Below, piece by piece: positions 28,419-35,961 of a stretch of 64,000 bases of DNA. The notes under the pieces were generated by a model. The model searched no databases. It saw only the letters and a list, made by a program, of their open reading frames with translations, and had not been told where the DNA came from. The translations under genes were made by a program, and so were the position numbers. This DNA comes from Gammaproteobacteria bacterium UBA7803 (GTDB lineage Bacteria; Pseudomonadota; Gammaproteobacteria; Pseudomonadales; Azotimanducaceae). The stretch covers positions 6,850-70,849 of the forward strand of contig DLCH01000030.1 in assembly GCA_002480525.1 (NCBI GenBank). The letters are read 5' to 3'. Every line of letters starts with the position of its first letter. The first letter of the stretch is position 1.

Positions 28419-29432
28419 TCAGGAAGCGGCCTGAACGACCCGCTGATCGATGGCGCCGAACAGGCTGCGGCCGGCAGCGTCACGCATCTCGATGCGCACA
28501 CGGTCACCGAAGCGCATGAACGGCGTGCGGGGAGCACCGTGGTTCAGGGTCTCCAGGGTGCGCAGCTCGGCGAGACAGGAGTAGCCGACGCCGCCATCGG
28601 CGATGGCGCTGCCGTGATCGGTGCCCTGCTTGTTGGATACGGTTCCCGAGCCGATCACGGTGCCGGCGCAGAGATTGCGGGTCCGGCTGGCGTGGGCGAT
28701 CAGCTCGCCGAAGCCGAAGGTCATGTCCTGCCCCGCCTCCGGCCGGCCGAAAGGCTCGCCGTTGTAGAAAGAGAGCAGCGGCAGGTGAACGCGGCCGTCG
28801 TGCCACGCCCCACCGAGCTCGTCGGGCGTGACCGCCACCGGCGAGAAGCTGGTGGCCGGCTTGGACTGGTAGAAGCCGAACCCCTTGTCGAGCTCGCCGG
28901 GGATGAGGCTGCGCAGCGACCAGTCGTTGACCAGCAGTATCAGCTTCACGTGCTCCAGGGCCCGCTCCGCCGATGTGCCCATAGTGACATCGTCGGTGAC
29001 GACGGCAATCTCGCCTTCGAAATCGATTCCCCAGTCCTCACTGGCGAACGTCACGTCCCGGCGCGGTCCGATGAAGTCGTCGGAACCGCCCTGATAGAGC
29101 AGCGGCTCGTGCCGGAAGCTCTCGGGCATGGCGGCGCCCCGGGCCCGCCGTACGAGCTCCACGTGATTGACGTAGGCGCTGCCGTCGGCCCATTGGAACG
29201 CCCGCGGCAGCGGTGCCGCGCAGGCGTTTTCGTCGAAGGGAAAAGCGTTCTCGACGTCGTCGGCCTCCAGCGCCCGCGCCGCAGCTTCGAGGCGGACCCG
29301 GACGCTCTGCCAGTCGTCCAGGGCGGCCTGCAGGGTCGGCACGATGTCGTCGACAGCCACGGCCCGGGACAGGTCCCGGGAAACGACCACCAGCCGGCCG
29401 TCGCGACCGGCATCCAGACTCGCCAGCTTCAC
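28419..29432 (-). CDS. Fumarylacetoacetate hydrolase-family protein (about 335-aa MKLASL-type FAA hydrolase)
   Basis: GTG start overlaps the upstream stop as [25 protein letters not shown]-terminal domain plus the FAH fold (GEIAVV, LVNDWSLR, FGELIAHASR, GTVIGSGTVSN). Confidence 0.85.
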   Translation of the reverse strand: MKLASLDAGRDGRLVVVSRDLSRAVAVDDIVPTLQAALDDWQSVRVRLEAAARALEADDVENAFPFDENACAAPLPRAFQWADGSAYVNHVELVRRARGAAMPESFRHEPLLYQGGSDDFIGPRRDVTFASEDWGIDFEGEIAVVTDDVTMGTSAERALEHVKLILLVNDWSLRSLIPGELDKGFGFYQSKPATSFSPVAVTPDELGGAWHDGRVHLPLLSFYNGEPFGRPEAGQDMTFGFGELIAHASRTRNLCAGTVIGSGTVSNKQGTDHGSAIADGGVGYSCLAELRTLETLNHGAPRTPFMRFGDRVRIEMRDAAGRSLFGAIDQRVVQAAS

Positions 29433-30001
29433 GCGTCCGGCTCGCTCGCCCCGCCGGCGTCGGCGAGCCTGGAGGGCCGTTCGTGGAGCCATGCCGCGTG
29501 CCGGGGCGCCCGCCTGGTGCGGCTCCACTCCTCCAGCATGGCCGGCGCCACTTCCTTCAGCCGCCGCAGGTCTTCCTCGCTGCCGGTGTTGGCGGCCAGT
29601 TCCAGGCGATGGCCGTTGGGATCGAAGAAGTAGATGGATTCGAACACGCCATGGTTCACCGGACCGACCACGTCCAGGCCCGCTGCCTCGACGCGCTGTT
29701 TCATCGCCATCAGCGTCTCCAGGGAGTCGACCTCGAAGGCGATGTGCTGGACCCATTCCGGCGTGTTGCCGTCCCGGCCCATGGCGGGCGAGTTCGGCAG
29801 CTCGAAGAACGCCAGCACGTTGCCCATGCCGGCATCCAGGAACACGTGCATGTACGGGTCCGGCTCGCCGGTGGACGGCACCTTGTCCTCGGCGATAGCG
29901 AGGGTGAAGTCCATGTCCAGGATCTTCTGATAGAACTCCACGGTCTCCTTCGCGTCCCGGCAGCGGTAGGCGACGTGATGAATCCGCTTCGTGACGCTCA
30001 C
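29429..30001 (-). CDS. VOC (glyoxalase/bleomycin-resistance/extradiol dioxygenase) superfamily protein
   Basis: GGGAGG SD and a GTG start overlapping the hppD stop (GTGA). Candidate H..H..E metal triad: [24 protein letters not shown]. 190 aa. Confidence 0.8.
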   Translation of the reverse strand: MSVTKRIHHVAYRCRDAKETVEFYQKILDMDFTLAIAEDKVPSTGEPDPYMHVFLDAGMGNVLAFFELPNSPAMGRDGNTPEWVQHIAFEVDSLETLMAMKQRVEAAGLDVVGPVNHGVFESIYFFDPNGHRLELAANTGSEEDLRRLKEVAPAMLEEWSRTRRAPRHAAWLHERPSRLADAGGASEPDA

Positions 30002-31122
30002 GACCGGCCTCCCGCCGCCTGCCGCGGCTCGTCGTCGCCGAGCGCCCCGCGCCGGAGCTGATCGCGCTCCATGGACTCGAACAGGGCCTGGAAGTTGCCT
30101 TCGCCGAAGCCCTCGTCGCGCTTGCGCTGGATGAACTCGAAGAAGATCGGTCCGATCAGGGTCTCGGAGAAGATCTGCAGCAGCAGCCGCGGCTCGCCGT
30201 CGGCAGTGTTGCCGTCGAGCAGAATGCCGCGGCGCTTCAGCTCGTCGACCGGCTCGCCGTGACCGGGCAGCCGCTCCTCGAGCATGTCGTAGTAGGTATC
30301 CGGGGGCGGCGTCATGAACGGCACGCCGCGGGCATGCAGCTCGTCCCAGGTGGCGATCAGGTCCTCGCAGTGAAAGGCGATGTGCTGAATGCCCTCGCCG
30401 TTGTAGGCCATGAGGAACTCCTCGATCTGACCGTTGCCGCCGGCCTCCTCGTTCAGCGGGATGCGGATCCTGTCGTCGGGCGCAGTCATGGCCCGGGAGG
30501 TGAGTCCGGTCTGCTGGCCGCGGATGTCGAAGTGCCGGATCTCGCGGAAGTTGAACAGCTTCTCGTAGAACTTCGCCCAGTGATCCATGCGGCCCCGGTA
30601 GACGTTGTGGGTCAGATGATCGATCACCTGCAGCCCGCAGCCCCGGGGGCGCCGCTCGACGCCGTCGAGATACTCGAAGTCGATGTCGTAGATGGTGGCG
30701 CCGTCCTCGATGTCGACGCCGTCGGCATAGCGATCGATCAGATACAGCGGCGCGCCGCCGATGCCCTTGATGGCCGGCAGCCGCAGCTCCATCGGCCCGG
30801 TGGGAATGTCGATGGGCTGGGCGCCGAGATCGAGCGCCCGGGCGTACGCCGCGTGGGCGTCCCGGACCCGGAAGGCCATGCCGCAGGCGGACGGGCCGTG
30901 CTCCTCGGCATAGTAGTCGGCGTAGCTGCGCGGCTCGTAGTTGACGATGAAGTTGACGTCGTTCTGGCGCCACAGGTGCGCATCCTTGGAGCGGTGCCGC
31001 GCCACGTTGACGAAGCCGAGGGTCTCGAACACCGCCTCGAGCACGCCCCGCTCGGGGGCGGCGAACTCGACGAACTCGAAGCCGTCGAGACCCATGGGGT
31101 TGCTGGTGTCGTTCGGGCTCAT
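29998..31122 (-). CDS. hppD: 4-hydroxyphenylpyruvate dioxygenase
   Basis: 374 aa with [22 protein letters not shown] and [24 protein letters not shown], the canonical HPPD C-terminal signature. Confidence 0.95.
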   Translation of the reverse strand: MSPNDTSNPMGLDGFEFVEFAAPERGVLEAVFETLGFVNVARHRSKDAHLWRQNDVNFIVNYEPRSYADYYAEEHGPSACGMAFRVRDAHAAYARALDLGAQPIDIPTGPMELRLPAIKGIGGAPLYLIDRYADGVDIEDGATIYDIDFEYLDGVERRPRGCGLQVIDHLTHNVYRGRMDHWAKFYEKLFNFREIRHFDIRGQQTGLTSRAMTAPDDRIRIPLNEEAGGNGQIEEFLMAYNGEGIQHIAFHCEDLIATWDELHARGVPFMTPPPDTYYDMLEERLPGHGEPVDELKRRGILLDGNTADGEPRLLLQIFSETLIGPIFFEFIQRKRDEGFGEGNFQALFESMERDQLRRGALGDDEPRQAAGGRS

Positions 31123-31220
31123 GGATCGGCCTCCCTCGCTCGCAGTGGATATCGGGACATGGTAGGCCGGGCGGCGGGCAGGAATGCTGCTAATTTCCCC
31201 CGATCAGGGGCATGAATCGG

Positions 31221-31262
31221 TGTTTCACTCCTATTTTCAGTTCATAATGGAAATAATTCACC
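31221..31262. promoter_or_regulatory. AT-rich divergent promoter region between hppD operon and Lrp-family regulator
   Basis: TGTTTCACTCCTATTTTCAGTTCATAATGGAAATAATTCACC is the only AT-rich stretch in the 158-bp divergent region. This is the typical location of Lrp/AsnC operators. Confidence 0.35.
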
Positions 31263-31280
31263 GATCTCGAGGAACCTACG

Positions 31281-31739
31281 ATGGAACTCGACCCGGCCGA
31301 ACGGCAGATTCTCAGACTGCTGCAGGGCGACGGGCGGCTGTCCAACGTCGCGCTGGCAGAGCGGGTGGGACTGAGCGAGTCGCCGTGCTTCCGGCGCGTG
31401 AAACGTCTGGAGGAAGCGGGCCTGATCCGCGGCTATGCCGCCGTGGTCGATCAACGTCTCCTGGGCTTCACCGTCACCGCCTTCGTGCTGGTGACCATGG
31501 AAAAGCAGCCCGATGCCGCCACCGAGGCCTTCATCGCCGAGGTGGAGGCCGAGGAGCACATCGTCGAGTGCTATGCCACCAGCGGCTCCCACGACTATCT
31601 GATGAAGGTCGTCGCCCGCAACATCGACCACTTCTCGGAGCTGTGCATGCAGCGGATTCTGAAGTTCCCCGGGGTGATGCACGTGGAATCGAGCTTCAGC
31701 CTGAAGGAGATCAAGCACAGTCGGGTGCTGCCGGCGTGA
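31281..31739 (+). CDS. Lrp/AsnC-family transcriptional regulator
   Basis: LDPAERQILRLLQGDGRLSNVALAERVGLSESPCFRRVKRLEEAGLI HTH followed by a RAM/AsnC_trans_reg domain. 152 aa. Confidence 0.9.
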   Translation: MELDPAERQILRLLQGDGRLSNVALAERVGLSESPCFRRVKRLEEAGLIRGYAAVVDQRLLGFTVTAFVLVTMEKQPDAATEAFIAEVEAEEHIVECYATSGSHDYLMKVVARNIDHFSELCMQRILKFPGVMHVESSFSLKEIKHSRVLPA

Positions 31740-31749
31740 TGGGGGGAGG

Positions 31750-31835
31750 CTTGTAGGAATCGCGATCTGGAGATCGCTCCCACGGCCAGTGCTCCTGTGG
31801 GAGCGATGCCTACCCGGCCAACTCCAGATCGCGAT
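31750..31835. repeat. REP-like pair: short copy (31759-31783) plus inverted long variant (31797-31835)
   Basis: ATCGCGATCTGGAGATCGCTCCCAC, then GTGGGAGCGAT-GCCTACCCGGCCAA-CTCCAGATCGCGAT. An extra TGTAGGA fragment sits at 31752-31758. Confidence 0.85.
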
Positions 31836-31849
31836 CCCCGGCGGGGCGT

Positions 31850-32821
31850 TCAATCCCCGCTGCCGCTCCCGGCCCCCGCCAGGCTGAAGTAGGCCCGATC
31901 GATGAACAGTGCCGGATCGCCGTAGCGCTCGTCGAACCCGGCCGTCGGTTTCGCCGCCAGCACCGCCTCGAGGTCGGCGCCCTCCCCGATCAGACCCGCG
32001 ATGCGGTCGCGCACGACCTGCAGCATGGCCACGTAGGCCTGCATCTGCTCGTAGCCGGTGACCGGGCCGTGACCCGGCACCACCACGGTTTCCGCGTCGA
32101 TCTCGTTCAGCACCGCCTGGCAGAACGCGATCACCCCGTCGAGGTCACCGCCGTTGCCGACGTCGATGAACGGATAGCCGGCGTTGTTGAACACGTCGCC
32201 CATGTGCGCCACGTTGCTGCCGCGGAAGATCACCGCCGTGTCGCCGGTGGTGTGGGCCGGGCCGAAGTGCAGCAGATCGACACGCTCGCCGTTGAAATGG
32301 AACTGCATGGATCGATCGTAGGTGATGACCGGCAGCGCCGCCGGCGGATAGGCCTGCTGGGTGTACTGCACCGCCACCAGATCTATGACGTGTGTCTCCA
32401 GCATCATCTCGCGGGAATTCGCCTGGGACACGAGCCACGTGCCGGCGGGCCCAAGCGCCAGATTGCCGTCGGCGTGATCGAAGTGCCAGTGGGTGTTGAC
32501 CACGAAGTCGACCGGACCGTCGTGCAGTTCGTCGATGGCGGCTTCGAGCCGCGGCACCATCTCGGGGAACTGGTCGTCCACCAGCAGGACGCCGTCTTCG
32601 CCGTGGCTCACCAGCACGTTGCCGCCGACGCCGAACAGCACATGCAGCCGATCGTTGATGGCCTCGCCGGTGACGGGCGCGGTGGCCAGGTCCCAGCCGA
32701 AGGCCTCGGCGATGCGGCGGCGTTCGGCATCCTGGGCGGCCGCGTCGAAGTCGTGGGCCGATACGCCGGACGCCGCCAGCAGACCGGCCGCCACCAGCGC
32801 CCGGCACGTTGCATGAATCAT
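31850..32821 (-). CDS. Secreted MBL-fold metallo-hydrolase
   Basis: Signal peptide MIHATCRALVAAGLLAASGVSA. HWHFDH zinc motif, then later HTTGD and PGHG motifs. Confidence 0.8.
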   Translation of the reverse strand: MIHATCRALVAAGLLAASGVSAHDFDAAAQDAERRRIAEAFGWDLATAPVTGEAINDRLHVLFGVGGNVLVSHGEDGVLLVDDQFPEMVPRLEAAIDELHDGPVDFVVNTHWHFDHADGNLALGPAGTWLVSQANSREMMLETHVIDLVAVQYTQQAYPPAALPVITYDRSMQFHFNGERVDLLHFGPAHTTGDTAVIFRGSNVAHMGDVFNNAGYPFIDVGNGGDLDGVIAFCQAVLNEIDAETVVVPGHGPVTGYEQMQAYVAMLQVVRDRIAGLIGEGADLEAVLAAKPTAGFDERYGDPALFIDRAYFSLAGAGSGSGD

Positions 32822-32855
32822 GTCGTTTCCCTCTCCGTGTTCGGCCGACCGTAGC

Positions 32856-33326
32856 TCAAAGTCCCGGCGGTGACGAGTGGCCAGCGAGAAAGGCCTCCAG
32901 TTCCTGGCGGGTACGCCGCGTCGACAGCGATACCTCGATCAGCAGCAGCAGCAGCCCGCCGATCAGCAGCAGCATCGCGGCGATGAACAGCACCGCGACG
33001 ACCCGCGACGCGTCGACCGCCCAGCCGTCGTCGACGAACAGCGCCACCACCACCAGACAGATGCACAGGGCCGCTCCCACGGACAGACGGATGGCCCAGT
33101 TGATCATGCGGATGCGCCGCCACAGCAGATTGCTGTGGGTACGCAGCCAGTCACGCTGCGCTTCTTCGGCGATCTGCGGGATCCGTTCCTCCAGCAGCCT
33201 CGCCCGGTCTGTGATGCGTCCGAGCCGGGTGGACAGAACGCCGAGAATCGCGCCGATGCCGGTGAGCAGGAACACCGGGGCCACGGCGATCTGGATGACG
33301 TGCGCGATGCCGCCGACGCTGTCCAT
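32856..33326 (-). CDS. DUF2721-like small membrane protein
   Basis: 156 aa with three TM helices and a charged loop RLGRITDRARLLEERIPQ. Its start ATG shares one nucleotide with the phhA stop (TGATG). Confidence 0.65.
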   Translation of the reverse strand: MDSVGGIAHVIQIAVAPVFLLTGIGAILGVLSTRLGRITDRARLLEERIPQIAEEAQRDWLRTHSNLLWRRIRMINWAIRLSVGAALCICLVVVALFVDDGWAVDASRVVAVLFIAAMLLLIGGLLLLLIEVSLSTRRTRQELEAFLAGHSSPPGL

Positions 33327-34558
33327 CAGCGCGACCGCCTGACGGCGCGATCCACCCAGATCGCCTCGGTCGCCGGGTTGTAGCGGGCGTAGAAGGGGCG
33401 CGGCAGCCCCCGGCAGAAGTCCTGCATGCGCGTCTTGGCGTCCTGCAGCGAGTCGGCGACGAAGTACGTCGGCTGATACTCCGTGATCGGGAACCCGCGC
33501 CCCGCAGCGACCGCCGGCCGCCACGGCTCGAGCGCCGGAAAGTGCTCGACGCCGCCGGCGGGCCGCTGCGGTGCGCAGGCATATTCCAGCTCGCCGAAGC
33601 TCGACAGCAGACCCGCGCCGTAGGCCTTCAACCAGCCGGCTTCCCGCAGCAGGCCGAACTCCACCGAGAACCAGTAGCAGCGCGCCAGCCGCTCGATCTC
33701 CTCGTCGCTGGCACCGAGGCTGGCGAGCCCGATCTCCTGTGACAGGTCGGCGAACGCCGGGTCGGCGAACATGGGCGCGTGGCCGATCAGCTCGTGCACC
33801 ACGTCCGGCTCCGGCGTGTACAGCGGCGCGGAGTGATGACGCAGATACTGGGTCGAGAAGAATACCCGGAACGCCAGGCCGTTGAGAAAATCCCGGGAGC
33901 CCAGCAGCCCGGCCACCGGCCGCAGCCGGAAGCCGGTGCGCGCCTCGAGAAACCCGCTCACGTCCGCCACCTGGGGGACGTTGTCCTCGGCGTAGCCGCA
34001 CTCGTCGGCCATGACGTCGAACACCCGGCGGTACTCGGCGCAGGCATAGCGCTGATGGAGCGCGCGCAGCCGCCGGAACACCTCGCCCCAGGTAGCCGTT
34101 TCGCGGTCGGTGTACGCCACCCTGGGCAGCGCCTGCCCGTGCCGGTAGCGGCGCGCCAGGTCGTCGATCATGGCCCGCCGCTCGCGATAGGCCGGATCGT
34201 TGAAGCCGGGATGGTCCGAGTGCAGATCGGCGCCGGCCTCCAGGGTGTGATTGGCGATCCTGTCGAGGTCGTCGACGCGCCGCGGGAACCAGGGCACCTC
34301 CTTGTCGTCGAGCACCAGCAGCTTCAGGGTATGGCGTTCGAGATCCGCGATCATCGCGTCGATGGCGCCCTCGCCCCGCCGGCCCTCGCAGTCCACGTAG
34401 AAGTCGAAGCGCCCTTCGTGGGCGGGCCGCGACTCGATGTGGGTGAGATTCACGCCGTGCCGGGAGAAATGATGCAGGACGTCCTCCAGCGCGCCGGGCC
34501 GGTCCTCCAGCTCGATCAGCAGGGACAGCAGCGGTTGCGACGTCGCTTCGGTGCTCAT
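33326..34558 (-). CDS. phhA: Phenylalanine-4-hydroxylase with N-terminal ACT regulatory domain (biopterin-dependent aromatic amino-acid hydroxylase)
   Basis: 410 aa. ACT-like N-terminus LSLLIELEDRPGALEDVLHHFSRHGVNLTHIESRP, then VPWFPR, DHPGFNDPAYRERR, GFRLRPVAGLLGSRDFLNGLAFRVF, iron ligands in HELIGHAP...E, SQEIGLASLGA, YWFSVEFGL and KAYGAGLLSSFGEL. Confidence 0.9.
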   Translation of the reverse strand: MSTEATSQPLLSLLIELEDRPGALEDVLHHFSRHGVNLTHIESRPAHEGRFDFYVDCEGRRGEGAIDAMIADLERHTLKLLVLDDKEVPWFPRRVDDLDRIANHTLEAGADLHSDHPGFNDPAYRERRAMIDDLARRYRHGQALPRVAYTDRETATWGEVFRRLRALHQRYACAEYRRVFDVMADECGYAEDNVPQVADVSGFLEARTGFRLRPVAGLLGSRDFLNGLAFRVFFSTQYLRHHSAPLYTPEPDVVHELIGHAPMFADPAFADLSQEIGLASLGASDEEIERLARCYWFSVEFGLLREAGWLKAYGAGLLSSFGELEYACAPQRPAGGVEHFPALEPWRPAVAAGRGFPITEYQPTYFVADSLQDAKTRMQDFCRGLPRPFYARYNPATEAIWVDRAVRRSR

Positions 34559-34586
34559 GGGCGCAGGTTCCTCGGCCGGCGCCGGC

Positions 34587-35903
34587 TCAGGGCAGCCGGG
34601 GCTCGATGCCGCGATCGCGGAACGTCCGCGCCACGGTACCGTCCGCCAGGGCCAGGTCGAGCCAGGTGTTCACGAACTCGAGCCATACCGGATCCCGGGG
34701 CAGCAGATACGCCTTCTCCTGATAGGTCAGCGTGCCGGCCATGGTGGCACACAGAGAGTCGTGCCGCGACGCCTGCAGCTCGACCTCCACCCGGTCGGTG
34801 ATCATCACGTCGGCGCGGCCCTCGACGATCTCCCGGAAGATCGTGCGGTTGTCGTCGTACAGGATCTTGTCCGCGCGATGCACGTGGGCATCGACGAACG
34901 CCTCGTTGGTGCCGCCGGGATTCACCACCACCCGCACGCCCGGGCGGTCGATCGCCTCGAGCCCGGCGAACCGGCCCGCGTCGCCGCAGCGGGCGATCGG
35001 CGCCTTGCCGCCCACGTAGTAGGGCCGCGACTGGAAAGCCGCACGCTGCCGGGCCAGGGTGCGCGACACGCCGCTCATGGCGACGTCGTAGCGGCCGGCC
35101 GCCAGATCCGCCATCAGCGTCGGCCAGGTGGTGGCGACGAACGCCACCCGCACGCCCAGCGCGTCGCCGAGGTGCCGGGCCAGCTCGACGTCGATGCCCT
35201 CCGGCGCCGCGCCGTCGTCGCGATGGGAGAACGGCGCGTAATCGCCGGTGGTGCCGACCCGCAGCACGCCGGTATCGAGGATCTGCGCCAGCCGATGCGG
35301 GTACCGCTCGAGTCCGGCCACCGCGTCGAGCAGCGCCGCCCGCGCGGACACGTCGAGGCCGGTCACGGCGATGGCGCCGGCGAGGTCGCCGGGAGCCGCC
35401 AGCGTGGCCTCGCCGGCGGTCGACGCCGCCGCCAGGATCTCCGCGCCCAGCCGCAGCAGCGCCGGGCGCACTTCGGCCGCCAGATCCGACGCCGGCGGGG
35501 GCGCCTCGCCGCCGGCCCAGCGCTCGAACCAGTACCCCTGAATGACCTTGGCCGCGTCGATCTGGGCGGCGAACAGCACGCGCACGCTGTCCGGGGCGAG
35601 CCCGAATCGCAGGGCGTCCGCCGCCGCCTGGTCGAGCACCACGGCCTCCCGGCCCAGGTCCTCGATGGGCAGACCGTGCTGCCACTTGTAGGCCGCCACC
35701 TCGTCCATCAGCTCCAGGCGCGCGTCGATGCGCTCGAACAGCGCCGCCGGCGTCGCGCCCGCCGCGTGCGCGGCGGCGCCCGCCAGAACGACAGCAAGCG
35801 CCGCACGCCGGCCGCCGCGCCCGAGCCATCCGGATACCCGTCTGCGCACCGTCCTTCTCGAGGCCGTGTTCATCGAGACCGTTTTCGTCCTGGCACCCGA
35901 CAT
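34587..35903 (-). CDS. pheC: Secreted bifunctional chorismate mutase (AroQ-gamma type) / cyclohexadienyl (prephenate/arogenate) dehydratase fusion
   Basis: Arg-rich signal peptide. CM domain RIDARLELMDEVAAYKWQHGLPIEDLGREAVVLD...AQIDAAKVIQ, then a PheC/SBP-3 domain GVLRVGTTGDYAPFS...VAMSGVS...NPGGTNE...EKAYLLPRD collinear with P. aeruginosa PheC. Start at 35903 (GGAAGGG SD); an alternative ATG lies at 35873. Confidence 0.85.
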   Translation of the reverse strand: MSGARTKTVSMNTASRRTVRRRVSGWLGRGGRRAALAVVLAGAAAHAAGATPAALFERIDARLELMDEVAAYKWQHGLPIEDLGREAVVLDQAAADALRFGLAPDSVRVLFAAQIDAAKVIQGYWFERWAGGEAPPPASDLAAEVRPALLRLGAEILAAASTAGEATLAAPGDLAGAIAVTGLDVSARAALLDAVAGLERYPHRLAQILDTGVLRVGTTGDYAPFSHRDDGAAPEGIDVELARHLGDALGVRVAFVATTWPTLMADLAAGRYDVAMSGVSRTLARQRAAFQSRPYYVGGKAPIARCGDAGRFAGLEAIDRPGVRVVVNPGGTNEAFVDAHVHRADKILYDDNRTIFREIVEGRADVMITDRVEVELQASRHDSLCATMAGTLTYQEKAYLLPRDPVWLEFVNTWLDLALADGTVARTFRDRGIEPRLP

Positions 35904-35961
35904 CGAATCCCTTCCAACCTGACCAGCCGCCATTCTACGGCCACCCCGCCCCGGGTCACGA

